Positions 11,868 to 19,396 of a DNA stretch of 24,000 bases are shown one piece after another. Source of the stretch: Skermanella rosea (GTDB lineage: Bacteria > Pseudomonadota > Alphaproteobacteria > Azospirillales > Azospirillaceae). Each line of letters begins with the position of its first letter. The first letter of the stretch is position 1. Location: contig NZ_CP086111.1 in the NCBI RefSeq assembly GCF_016806835.2, positions 3,379,471 through 3,403,470 on the forward strand, given 5' to 3'. The translations under genes and the position numbers were made by a program. Below the pieces are notes generated by a model. The model was not told the DNA's origin. It was given only the letters and a program-made list of their open reading frames with translations, and did not search any database.

Positions 11868-12584
11868 TTGACGCCGCCATCCGTCGGCGACTCCCCGGAA
11901 TTCGGCCGGCTGGCCGTGATCCTGGCCTGGATTTCGGGATTCGTCGACGCCGTGGGATACATGCTGCTCGACCACATCTTCACCGCCAACATGACAGGCA
12001 ACACGGTGCTGCTCGGCATCGACCTGGCGGAGGGAGACTGGAGCGAGGCCGCCCGCCACGCCGCCCCGCTGCCGCTTTTCGTGCTTGGCGCGTTCGCCGG
12101 GGCGACGTTGGTCGGCGGTCTGCTGAGGACGAGGTACGCCCGTGCGATCATCTTCGCCGTCGAGGGCGTCCTTATCGGCACTTTCTGGCTGGCCGGCTGG
12201 TGGTTCGCCGACGGCGCGACGGAAGGCTGGCGCTATTTCCTGATGGTCGGACTGCTGACGGTGGGAATGGGGATGCACAGCGTCGTCCTGCCCCGGGTGG
12301 CGGGAAAGGTGGTGCGGACCACCTTCGTGACCGGAACGCTGACGAGCCTGGCCGAAGAGGCGGCCACCGGCCTTGCCGGCCGACCGCGGGCCGTAGACGC
12401 GATCCAGTACCGGATCGTCCTCGCCGCCACTTGGACCGCCTATCTTCTCGGCGCGCTGGCCGGCGGCATCGCCGTGAGGGGCACCGGCTTCACCGCCGCG
12501 GCATTTCCGTTGACCCTCCTTGCCGCCCTTTCCCTGTTCGACGCGGGCGCGTCCCACGCGGACGGCAGGGCGGCAAGGGAGTGA
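11868..12584 (+). CDS. DUF1275 (YoaK-like) family membrane protein, TTG start
   Basis: FGRLAVILAWISGFVDAVGYMLLDHIFTANMTGNTVLLG, typical DUF1275 opening; five or more hydrophobic segments. Confidence 0.88.
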   Translation: MTPPSVGDSPEFGRLAVILAWISGFVDAVGYMLLDHIFTANMTGNTVLLGIDLAEGDWSEAARHAAPLPLFVLGAFAGATLVGGLLRTRYARAIIFAVEGVLIGTFWLAGWWFADGATEGWRYFLMVGLLTVGMGMHSVVLPRVAGKVVRTTFVTGTLTSLAEEAATGLAGRPRAVDAIQYRIVLAATWTAYLLGALAGGIAVRGTGFTAAAFPLTLLAALSLFDAGASHADGRAARE

Positions 12585-12632
12585 AGGTCGGGCCTTGGCG
12601 GCGCGCCATGGTTCACTGCTTCACAGCCGCCA

Positions 12633-12863
12633 TCAGGCTTTTCCGGGACCGGCCGAGCTGGGAACGTCGGTAGCCGGAGGGGTCAGGTCGGGATCGTCGC
12701 GACTGGCATCGTCGCTGTCGGGTGCGATGTCGGCGATGGCGTCATGGTCCAGCCGTTTCGCCTCCTCCACCAGTTCGATCCCTTCGCCTTTCTTGCCGGC
12801 TTTCGCCTTCTGCATGCCCTCGATAGCCATCTCGCGGGCTTGGTCCTGGTTGTCCTCGGCCAT
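12633..12863 (-). CDS. Small acidic/charged hypothetical protein (76 aa)
   Basis: MAEDNQDQAREMAIEGMQKAKAGKKGEGIELVEEAKRLDHDAIADIAPDSDD...; strong Shine-Dalgarno (GAAGGAGAC on minus strand) before ATG at 12863. Confidence 0.65.
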   Translation of the reverse strand: MAEDNQDQAREMAIEGMQKAKAGKKGEGIELVEEAKRLDHDAIADIAPDSDDASRDDPDLTPPATDVPSSAGPGKA

Positions 12864-12911
12864 TGGGGCGTCTCCTTCACGAGGTCGGTCCGGAATCCGG
12901 ATAAGACATCT

Positions 12912-12939
12912 GGAACGGAGTTGCGGCCGTGCTCGTTCC
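12912..12939. promoter_or_regulatory. Candidate bidirectional EcfG-type promoter (GGAAC-N17-CGTT on each strand)
   Basis: GGAACGGAGTTGCGGCCGTGCTCGTTCC: GGAACG...CGTTCC dyad gives GGAAC-N17-CGTT on both strands, in the gap between divergent genes at 12863 (-) and 13040 (+). Confidence 0.5.
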
Positions 12940-13039
12940 CACCATTTGCGACGTGATGCCGGCCATCGAACAAGATGCTGCACCGCACCAGCACGTCCGC
13001 TAGAATATCGTTGATGAAAATCGGGGAAAGTCACCGAGT

Positions 13040-14047
13040 ATGCAGGAGCATCCGTTCGCCGAATATACGAGGGCTTTGGGAAAGGGACCGAAGCTGTTCC
13101 GCGACCTGGAGGAGCACGAGGCCGAAGCGGCCATGGCGATGGTCCTGCGCGGCGAGGTCGATCCTATCCAGCTCGGCGCCTTCCTTCTGCTGCTGAGGCG
13201 CAAGGGAGAGACGGGAGCCGAGCTTGCCGGATTCGTCAGGGCGGCGAAGTCGGTGCTCGCCCGGCCCGACGACCCGATCGTTCCCGACCTGGACTGGCCC
13301 TCCTACGCCGACCGGCACCGGCAGCAGCCCTGGTTCGTCCTGTCGGCGCTGCTGCTGGCGGCAGAGGGCATCAAGGTGCTGATGCACGGCATCGACGGCG
13401 GGGCGGAAGGGTACGCCCCGACCCCCGCCGCGCTCGCCCGGCTGGGCATCCATCCCTGTGGATCCCTGACCCAAGCGGCGGCCGAACTGCGGAACAGCAA
13501 TTTCGCCTATATCAGGCTGCAGGATTTCTGCCCCGACCTGGAACGGCTGTTCCAACTCCGTCCGTTGCTGGGCGTGCGGACCGCGGTCAACACCTTCGCC
13601 CGCGACATCAACCCGCTGGACGCCCCTGCCCAGATCCAGAGCGTGTTCCATCCGCCCTACCGCCCGCTGCACCAGGAAATCGCGATCCGTCTGGGCCAGC
13701 CCCGCGCCGCCATTTTCAAGGGTATCGGCGGCGAGGCGCAACGCTCCCCCTTGAAGGAGTGCGTGGTCGCGACCGTCGAGGACGGCCAGGCGGCGGAGGA
13801 ACTCTGGGCGCCCCGGCTCGCGGAACGGATGGAAACGACTTATCAATGGCGTGCCGAGGACCTGGATCCGCGCCACCCCGCCCTGCTGTGGGCAGGGGAG
13901 TTGGACAACCCGGTCGCCGAGCAGGCGGTCATCGCGACCGCAGCCGTGGGCCTGAGGGCCGTTGGCCGAGCCGCATCGATCGAGGAGGCCGAGGCGATGG
14001 CCGAGCGGCTGTGGCGGTCGCGCTCTCCGGGCCGGTTCCACACCTGA
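13040..14047 (+). CDS. TrpD/YbiB-like (anthranilate phosphoribosyltransferase-like, 'glycosyl transferase family') protein
   Basis: LGKGPKLFRDLEEHEAEAAMAMVLRGEVDPIQLGAFLLLLRRKGETGAELAGFVRAA; LLGVRTAVNTFARDINPLDAP; PRAAIFKGIGGEAQRSP. Confidence 0.85.
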   Translation: MQEHPFAEYTRALGKGPKLFRDLEEHEAEAAMAMVLRGEVDPIQLGAFLLLLRRKGETGAELAGFVRAAKSVLARPDDPIVPDLDWPSYADRHRQQPWFVLSALLLAAEGIKVLMHGIDGGAEGYAPTPAALARLGIHPCGSLTQAAAELRNSNFAYIRLQDFCPDLERLFQLRPLLGVRTAVNTFARDINPLDAPAQIQSVFHPPYRPLHQEIAIRLGQPRAAIFKGIGGEAQRSPLKECVVATVEDGQAAEELWAPRLAERMETTYQWRAEDLDPRHPALLWAGELDNPVAEQAVIATAAVGLRAVGRAASIEEAEAMAERLWRSRSPGRFHT

Positions 14048-14104
14048 CGCGCCCGGGAAGCATGGGAAACAGCCATCCGGTGCGGAACCGGTGGCGGGCC
14101 GCTG

Positions 14105-16030
14105 TCAAGCCGTCAGCAGCGGACCCGACTTCTCCTCCGTCGGCTCGGGATCGGGGGCCACGACGGGCGCCGCGGCTTCTCCACCCTTAAGGACGAAGCG
14201 CCAGGGCTGGCCGGGAGGTTGGGTGACCATCATCTCGGGGTGAAGATCGATGATCCTCTCGACCAGGATCCGGAGGTTGCCGCAGCCGAACCATGAGCGG
14301 TCGCCCCAGGTATTGACCTGCCTGACGATGCTGACCAGGTCGAGACCCGTCAGGGTCCCCTTCCCCGTCACCTCCTCGAGCACCCGGTCCGCGACCTCCC
14401 GGATCAGCGTCGGAAATTCGACGCCGGCGGGGGACGATGCCGAAGCCGAGCCACCCGCGCCCCGTCTCCCCGGCTGCAGGTCGCCCCAGGTCGCTCCGGT
14501 CAGCCATATCGCGAAGAGGGCGTGGTCGCGGTCGCTCAGCGTCAGCTGCGCGTTGGCACAGGTCTCGATGGCGTTTCGCATGAAGAAACGGGCGATCGCG
14601 CCCGGGTCCGCCTCGTCCTCGGTGAAGTTGAAGTCCGACATGGCCAAGCCGGTGACCACGTAGGAGATCGCCGCCTTGTCCACATCGACGCCGCCCTCCG
14701 CGCAGATCGCGGAAACCTGCCCTTCGAGGGCCAGCTGATCCTGGTAGGGCTCCCGTTCCAAGGCCTCCCCGATGGCGCGGAACAGCTTGGCGTAAGTGGC
14801 TGCCGGCAGGGGTGGCATGTCGGTGATCGAGGCGATGCGCCCGATGAAGTCCTGGAGTTCCTCGGCCTCCGTCTCGGTCGGCTGAACGGCGGCGTCGGGT
14901 CCCGCCGGCGGCTTGTGCCGCGAGCGATCGAACGCGAAGCCGGTGCCGGTGGTATCGATGCCGATATCCGGACCGCCGTTGGCGAGAATCAGCGCCTTCA
15001 GGGTGCCATGCCCCGCCCATTGGCGCTGCTCCTTGACCCAGTGACCCATGGTGCGGGTGACTGTCTGCCCCAGGGCGGCAAGGGCTACGGGCTTGTCCGA
15101 CGCGCAAAGCTCGGCGCGCACGGCCGCCATGATGCGGCTCTTCAAGGCCGCGTCGTCCAATGCCGTCAAGTCCGATCCGGCGACGGGCGGCCCGGCGCCC
15201 TTCCATTCCACCCGCCAGTCCGCTTCGCCGATCGCCCTCAGTTCTAGGCCGGGCAGCAGGCTGCAGAGTTGTTCGACCAGGGAGCGCAAGTTGCCGAAGC
15301 CAAACCAGGAGCTGTTGGTGAACTGGGGAAACCTGCGCAACACCTCGTGCACGTCCCGACTGGCGACCGGTCCGCCGGAGCGCGCCTGATCGGCCAGCGC
15401 CCCGGCGACGCTGGGCAGGAGGGCAGCATAGCCGTCGCCGCGTCCGCCGGAGGTCGGGACCGGCGCCGCCGGGGACCCGAAGGCGGAACGCGCCTCTATT
15501 CCCAGGGCCTCCTCGACGAAGACGTTCTGGTCGATCACGGAATCGCAAGCCGCCCGGTACGCCGCGGCGGAAAACCGGCTGCTCCAGATGGCGGTGCGTC
15601 GGTCGTTGGCGCGCAGCCTCAGCAGGACCGGAGTGAAGTCGGCATCCGCGGACAGGATGATGAACTCGTCGATTCGGGTCGTGTGGGTCAGGGTGTCCAG
15701 GATATCCATCACCATCACGATGTCGGCACTGTTCTTGCCGCGCGACGTGACGGGCGGGCAGTCGATGACCGAGAACGCATTCCGACTGAAATAGGCCCGG
15801 TAGTTGCCGAATCCGGTGGCGGTCGGATTCAGGTAGCAGCGGCGGATAAGGATCGCGCGACGGGCCGCTTGAGGATTTCCCTCGTAAGCACCGCTTTCGA
15901 GCCACCTGAGCCAGCGAAGCGGATCGGTCGCGAAACGCTCGGCTGACTGCGGATTCACGTTCAAGAGGTTAATGTAGACGTTATCGAAATCGACGAAAAC
16001 AGCTGTCTTTATACGACCGGAATCCTGCAA
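14105..16030 (-). CDS. NYN-domain (PIN-like RNase fold) protein with OST-HTH/LOTUS-like segments
   Basis: N-term KTAVFVDFDNVYINL...SADIVMVMDILDTLTHTTRIDEFIILSADADFTPVLLRLR (NYN acidic residues); later segments SRDVHEVLRRFPQFTNSSWFGFGNLRSLVEQL, LAALGQTVTRTMGHWVKEQRQWAGHGTLKALI, LVSIVRQVNTWGDRSWFGCGNLRILVERI. Confidence 0.88.
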   Translation of the reverse strand: MQDSGRIKTAVFVDFDNVYINLLNVNPQSAERFATDPLRWLRWLESGAYEGNPQAARRAILIRRCYLNPTATGFGNYRAYFSRNAFSVIDCPPVTSRGKNSADIVMVMDILDTLTHTTRIDEFIILSADADFTPVLLRLRANDRRTAIWSSRFSAAAYRAACDSVIDQNVFVEEALGIEARSAFGSPAAPVPTSGGRGDGYAALLPSVAGALADQARSGGPVASRDVHEVLRRFPQFTNSSWFGFGNLRSLVEQLCSLLPGLELRAIGEADWRVEWKGAGPPVAGSDLTALDDAALKSRIMAAVRAELCASDKPVALAALGQTVTRTMGHWVKEQRQWAGHGTLKALILANGGPDIGIDTTGTGFAFDRSRHKPPAGPDAAVQPTETEAEELQDFIGRIASITDMPPLPAATYAKLFRAIGEALEREPYQDQLALEGQVSAICAEGGVDVDKAAISYVVTGLAMSDFNFTEDEADPGAIARFFMRNAIETCANAQLTLSDRDHALFAIWLTGATWGDLQPGRRGAGGSASASSPAGVEFPTLIREVADRVLEEVTGKGTLTGLDLVSIVRQVNTWGDRSWFGCGNLRILVERIIDLHPEMMVTQPPGQPWRFVLKGGEAAAPVVAPDPEPTEEKSGPLLTA

Positions 16031-16314
16031 CGCGCCTGCTCCCCGCTTTGCCGCCGCCCTTGTTTAGCGATGGCCTCGGCCTTCCCGGTCCCTGATGGGA
16101 ATCGGCCAATCCGCATTTTCAACGGATTTAGTTTAATAATCAGTAATCGAGGTGGCTGCGGCTAAGGCTGCGGCGAAAACAACGACCGCGGGCGCGCTCA
16201 CAGGATGATCGTCGCCCGGAGGGCAAGGAATATTATGGTTAACGTTTAATCAACCAATCCAGGGCCATAGTGTGCGGGCGCCATACTCGGTGCGGTTCTT
16301 CCTTGTAGACTTGG

Positions 16315-16348
16315 GCCCCGCGCGTCGTCCGCAGCGGGGCTCTTTTTT
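16315..16348 (+). terminator. Rho-independent terminator
   Basis: GCCCCGC (16315-16321) / GCGGGGC (16334-16340) hairpin followed by TCTTTTTT on the plus strand. Confidence 0.8.
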
Positions 16349-16353
16349 GGTCG

Positions 16354-16869
16354 TCACGCGATCCCGTTCCAGGATCGCTCGCGAGGGGGGACCTGCCAGA
16401 TATCCAGGAAGCTCCAGACCATGTTCACCGTCTCGCCGTCGTCCGACAGCGGGAACAGGCTGTCCGTCAACCGGACGACGAGTTTGCTCTGCCCGACATA
16501 GGGGCGGTCGGTGAGCAGTGGCCGGCCTGTGGTTGCGACATACTCGTAATCCGCCCACCCCTTGTTACCGGGAATCAGGAACGGCAACTCGGAGAAGCGC
16601 ATCCCCCGGAGATTCCTGGAGGTGATCTTGTCGATCGCCGTGCCCAGCAGCCTGAAGCGGAAATCCAGGGGATTGCGCAGCACCTCGACCAGCGCCGTGG
16701 ACGACAGGAGGCGTGGAATCTCCACCGGATCGATGTCGGCCCGTGACGGCATGCGGCGGTCGCCGCGTTTGGCCATCCAGTAGGTCCAGGCTTCCGCTAC
16801 GAGAGGCGACGAAACCGACGGAAAACCCTCGAGACTGCTCCTGGCGTACTCTGCCCAGACACCGATCAA
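16354..16869 (-). CDS. PAS_5-type (DUF1488-like PAS) domain protein, TTG start
   Basis: 171-aa ORF: YWMAKRGDRRMPSRADIDPVEIPRLLSSTALVEVLRNPLDFRFRLLGTAIDKITSRNLRGMRFSELP matches the layout of alphaproteobacterial PAS_5 proteins. Confidence 0.75.
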   Translation of the reverse strand: MIGVWAEYARSSLEGFPSVSSPLVAEAWTYWMAKRGDRRMPSRADIDPVEIPRLLSSTALVEVLRNPLDFRFRLLGTAIDKITSRNLRGMRFSELPFLIPGNKGWADYEYVATTGRPLLTDRPYVGQSKLVVRLTDSLFPLSDDGETVNMVWSFLDIWQVPPRERSWNGIA

Positions 16870-17164
16870 ACGTCACCTCAGCTTCACGCGTATCGGATCA
16901 GCTTATCGCCACGCTTCCGAACACGCATTGGTCAGGCATTTTCCATTGAAACGTTATAAATAAATATAATCACGGTACAAAATCTTACCCAGTCCAAACA
17001 CGATATTGACGAGTCAAGATTGTGCAATGCTCTTCCTTCGGTACTATGACCGTAATCACAGCCATGGCTCCTGTCCGATGAGATGATTCGGTCCATTGTC
17101 TCGACTCGCCACGAATCCGAATTTCGATTGTTGAGTCAAGACCGGATCAAGCGGGAGACGATAT

Positions 17165-17404
17165 ATGTGCGTTCAAACGACTGAAACGGCAGGGCTTCGG
17201 ACGATCAGGACATTGGCTGTCGTACTGGCGTGCTCCTTCGGCTACGCGGCGGGTGCCGTGGAGCAGGCGGCGGTCGGCGATCCCTGGCCGGCCGCGGTCC
17301 GCGCCGACACTGCCGAAAAACCGGCCCCGCGCGAGGCATACATACCGGCCGCCGCCACCCGTTCCCAGCCCAGCCCGCCGAAGCGGGTCGAAAAGCTCCT
17401 CTGA
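17165..17404 (+). CDS. Small secreted hypothetical protein (79 aa)
   Basis: ATG preceded by GCGGGAGA at suitable spacing; hydrophobic signal-like LRTIRTLAVVLACSFGYAAGA. Confidence 0.5.
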   Translation: MCVQTTETAGLRTIRTLAVVLACSFGYAAGAVEQAAVGDPWPAAVRADTAEKPAPREAYIPAAATRSQPSPPKRVEKLL

Positions 17405-17424
17405 GCCCCGGGCCGCCGGTCCGG

Positions 17425-18252
17425 TCAACTCAGATCGTACCATACTCCATGCTCCCGGCATATCGTACCGACCCCACCGCGCGAGACGGCGCCGTGGGAA
17501 TATTCACGGATCACGGTACGGCATGTGACCGCGGGGCTCCGCCCATTCTCGCCCTTCGATGTTTCGGCAGCCCCGATCGAGACGACGCCGCTGGCACCCG
17601 TCGCCGGGTTGCTCCATGCCAGCTTCGATCCGGCGGGTTCCTCCACCAGCTTCAGCAGTGCCGCAGCCTCGCGGGGACGATCCTCGTCGGGCACCAGGGC
17701 GGTCTCGGCACGGGTCGCTTCGCTCGCGGCATAGGCGGCGTCGACCTCGATCTGCGCCGCCTGCGCCGCCATCAGCTTGTCGTGCGCGGAAATCGCGCCG
17801 TCGGCCATCGACGGCAAGCCGGTGACCATCATCGCGCCGCCGGTCGCCATCGCGACCATCATCCGCCGCGCCACGGCCGGACCATGCTCCGCGGCGATCT
17901 CGGTCAGGGCTTCGCGCACGAGATCCGGCGGCCGAGGTCCCGTCACGATGCCGGACGCCAGCGTGGACAGCGGAACGCCGACGGTGTCGAGCGGCCTCTC
18001 GTCGGTTGCCATGGCTTCCGCATACCGCGCGGCGGCATCGTCGAACAGCGCGTTGATCCCCGTACGCTCCGCCACCCGGTCGAACACGCCCGTCCTCTGG
18101 ACGGCGGAGTAGGCCTGATCGGTCATCTGTTCGACCGCACAGCCGGACATCAGGAGAGCGCCCGCGAGCGCCGCCCCGGCCAGCGGCCGGAGCGGGGACT
18201 TGGATGGGGTACGCCTGGAAATCGAAAACTTTGAACCGGTACCGGTTTTCAC
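17425..18252 (-). CDS. Putative lipoprotein of unknown function, GTG start
   Basis: 275-aa ORF with PLAGAALAGALLMSGCAVEQM lipobox; conserved-looking C-terminal TCRTVIREYSHGAVSRGGVGTICREHGVWYDLS (RT-like domain of surface-antigen/17-kDa type lipoproteins). Confidence 0.65.
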   Translation of the reverse strand: MKTGTGSKFSISRRTPSKSPLRPLAGAALAGALLMSGCAVEQMTDQAYSAVQRTGVFDRVAERTGINALFDDAAARYAEAMATDERPLDTVGVPLSTLASGIVTGPRPPDLVREALTEIAAEHGPAVARRMMVAMATGGAMMVTGLPSMADGAISAHDKLMAAQAAQIEVDAAYAASEATRAETALVPDEDRPREAAALLKLVEEPAGSKLAWSNPATGASGVVSIGAAETSKGENGRSPAVTCRTVIREYSHGAVSRGGVGTICREHGVWYDLS

Positions 18253-18327
18253 GGTCGCATCCTGTCGCAGTCACCTGTCGGAAGGGCCGTGAGGTGTCTC
18301 ACATAACTGGTTAACGTATGGTTCCGC

Positions 18328-19281
18328 TCACCCTCCACTCGCCTTGTCTAAGCGATCGATCGATGCACGATCAAGGGTGAGCCGTGCCGCCGCGGTCAGG
18401 TCCTTCAATTGTTCCAGGCTGGTCGCGCTGACGATCGGCGCCGTCAGCCCGGGGCGGGCGATCAGCCATGCCAGCGCGACCTGGGACGGATTGGCATCGT
18501 GCCGCGCCGCGACCTCGTCCAGTGCCGCCAGGATCGCCCGGCCGCGGTCGTTCAGGTACTTGCTAACGACGCCCTCGCCGCGCGGGCTCTTGCCGGCATC
18601 CTCGGGCGAGCGGTACTTGCCGGACAGGAAGCCGCTGGCCAGCGAATAATAGGAGATCACGCCGAGCTGGTTCTCGCGGCAGATGCCCTCCAGTTCGGCC
18701 TCGTATCCGGCACGGTCGAACAGGTTGTATTCCGGTTGAAGCGATTCATAGCGGGCGAGGCCCGGCTTGCCGCCGACCTCGAGCGCCTCGCGGAGGCGCG
18801 CCGGGCTGAGGTTGGAGGCACCGACCGCCCTGACCTTGCCCTGGTCGATCAGGTCCTGGTACACCGCCAGCGTGTCCTCGAACGGTGTATCCGGATCGTC
18901 CCAGTGGGACTGGTACAGGTCGATATAGTCGGTCCGGAGACGGCGCAGGGAGTCCTCGACGGCGGTCCGGATGTAGGCCGGTGCCAAGCCCTTCTTCCCC
19001 GGTCCCATCTCCGAACCGACCTTGGTCGCGATCACCAGCCTGTCGCGGTCGGCCCGGCCCTTGAGCCAGTTCCCGATGATGGTTTCCGACTCGCCGCCCT
19101 TGTTGCCGGGAACCCAGGTCGAATAGGAATCCGCAGTGTCGATGAAATTGAAGCCCTGCTCGACGAAGGCGTCGAGCAGCCGGTGGGAGGTCGGCTCGTC
19201 GATCGTCCAGCCGAACACGTTGCCGCCGAAGCAGAGCGGGACGACCGTCAGGCCGGACCGGCCGAGTTGCCGCTTTTCCAT
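18328..19281 (-). CDS. Aldo/keto reductase
   Basis: MEKRQLGRSGLTVVPLCFGGNVFGW...FNFIDTADSY...IATKVG...YIDLYQSHWDDPDTP...GASNLS...IVSATSLEQL. Confidence 0.95.
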   Translation of the reverse strand: MEKRQLGRSGLTVVPLCFGGNVFGWTIDEPTSHRLLDAFVEQGFNFIDTADSYSTWVPGNKGGESETIIGNWLKGRADRDRLVIATKVGSEMGPGKKGLAPAYIRTAVEDSLRRLRTDYIDLYQSHWDDPDTPFEDTLAVYQDLIDQGKVRAVGASNLSPARLREALEVGGKPGLARYESLQPEYNLFDRAGYEAELEGICRENQLGVISYYSLASGFLSGKYRSPEDAGKSPRGEGVVSKYLNDRGRAILAALDEVAARHDANPSQVALAWLIARPGLTAPIVSATSLEQLKDLTAAARLTLDRASIDRLDKASGG

Positions 19282-19396
19282 GTCATCAGTCCCAGGTATC
19301 GGTGAGGGATAGCGAAGCGCCGGCGGCGCTTCGCCGTTTCATCCAGCGAACACCGAGCCGGTGGAGACGTTCCGTTCCCGGAAGGTCCCTGTCGGA

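Noticed and set aside
9085-11871. 928-aa plus-strand ORF overlapping fruK and fruA
   Set aside because: Arg/Gly/Pro-rich out-of-frame translation of well-supported fruK and fruA.
14187-15905. 572-aa ORF in another minus-strand frame of the NYN gene
   Set aside because: Low-complexity Arg/Gly-rich alternate-frame product; the 641-aa frame has the domain motifs.
18234-18247. 14-bp perfect palindrome AACCGGTACCGGTT
   Set aside because: Lies within codons 2-7 of the lipoprotein gene (KTGTGS), so it is plausibly a by-product of a Thr-Gly repeat rather than an operator.
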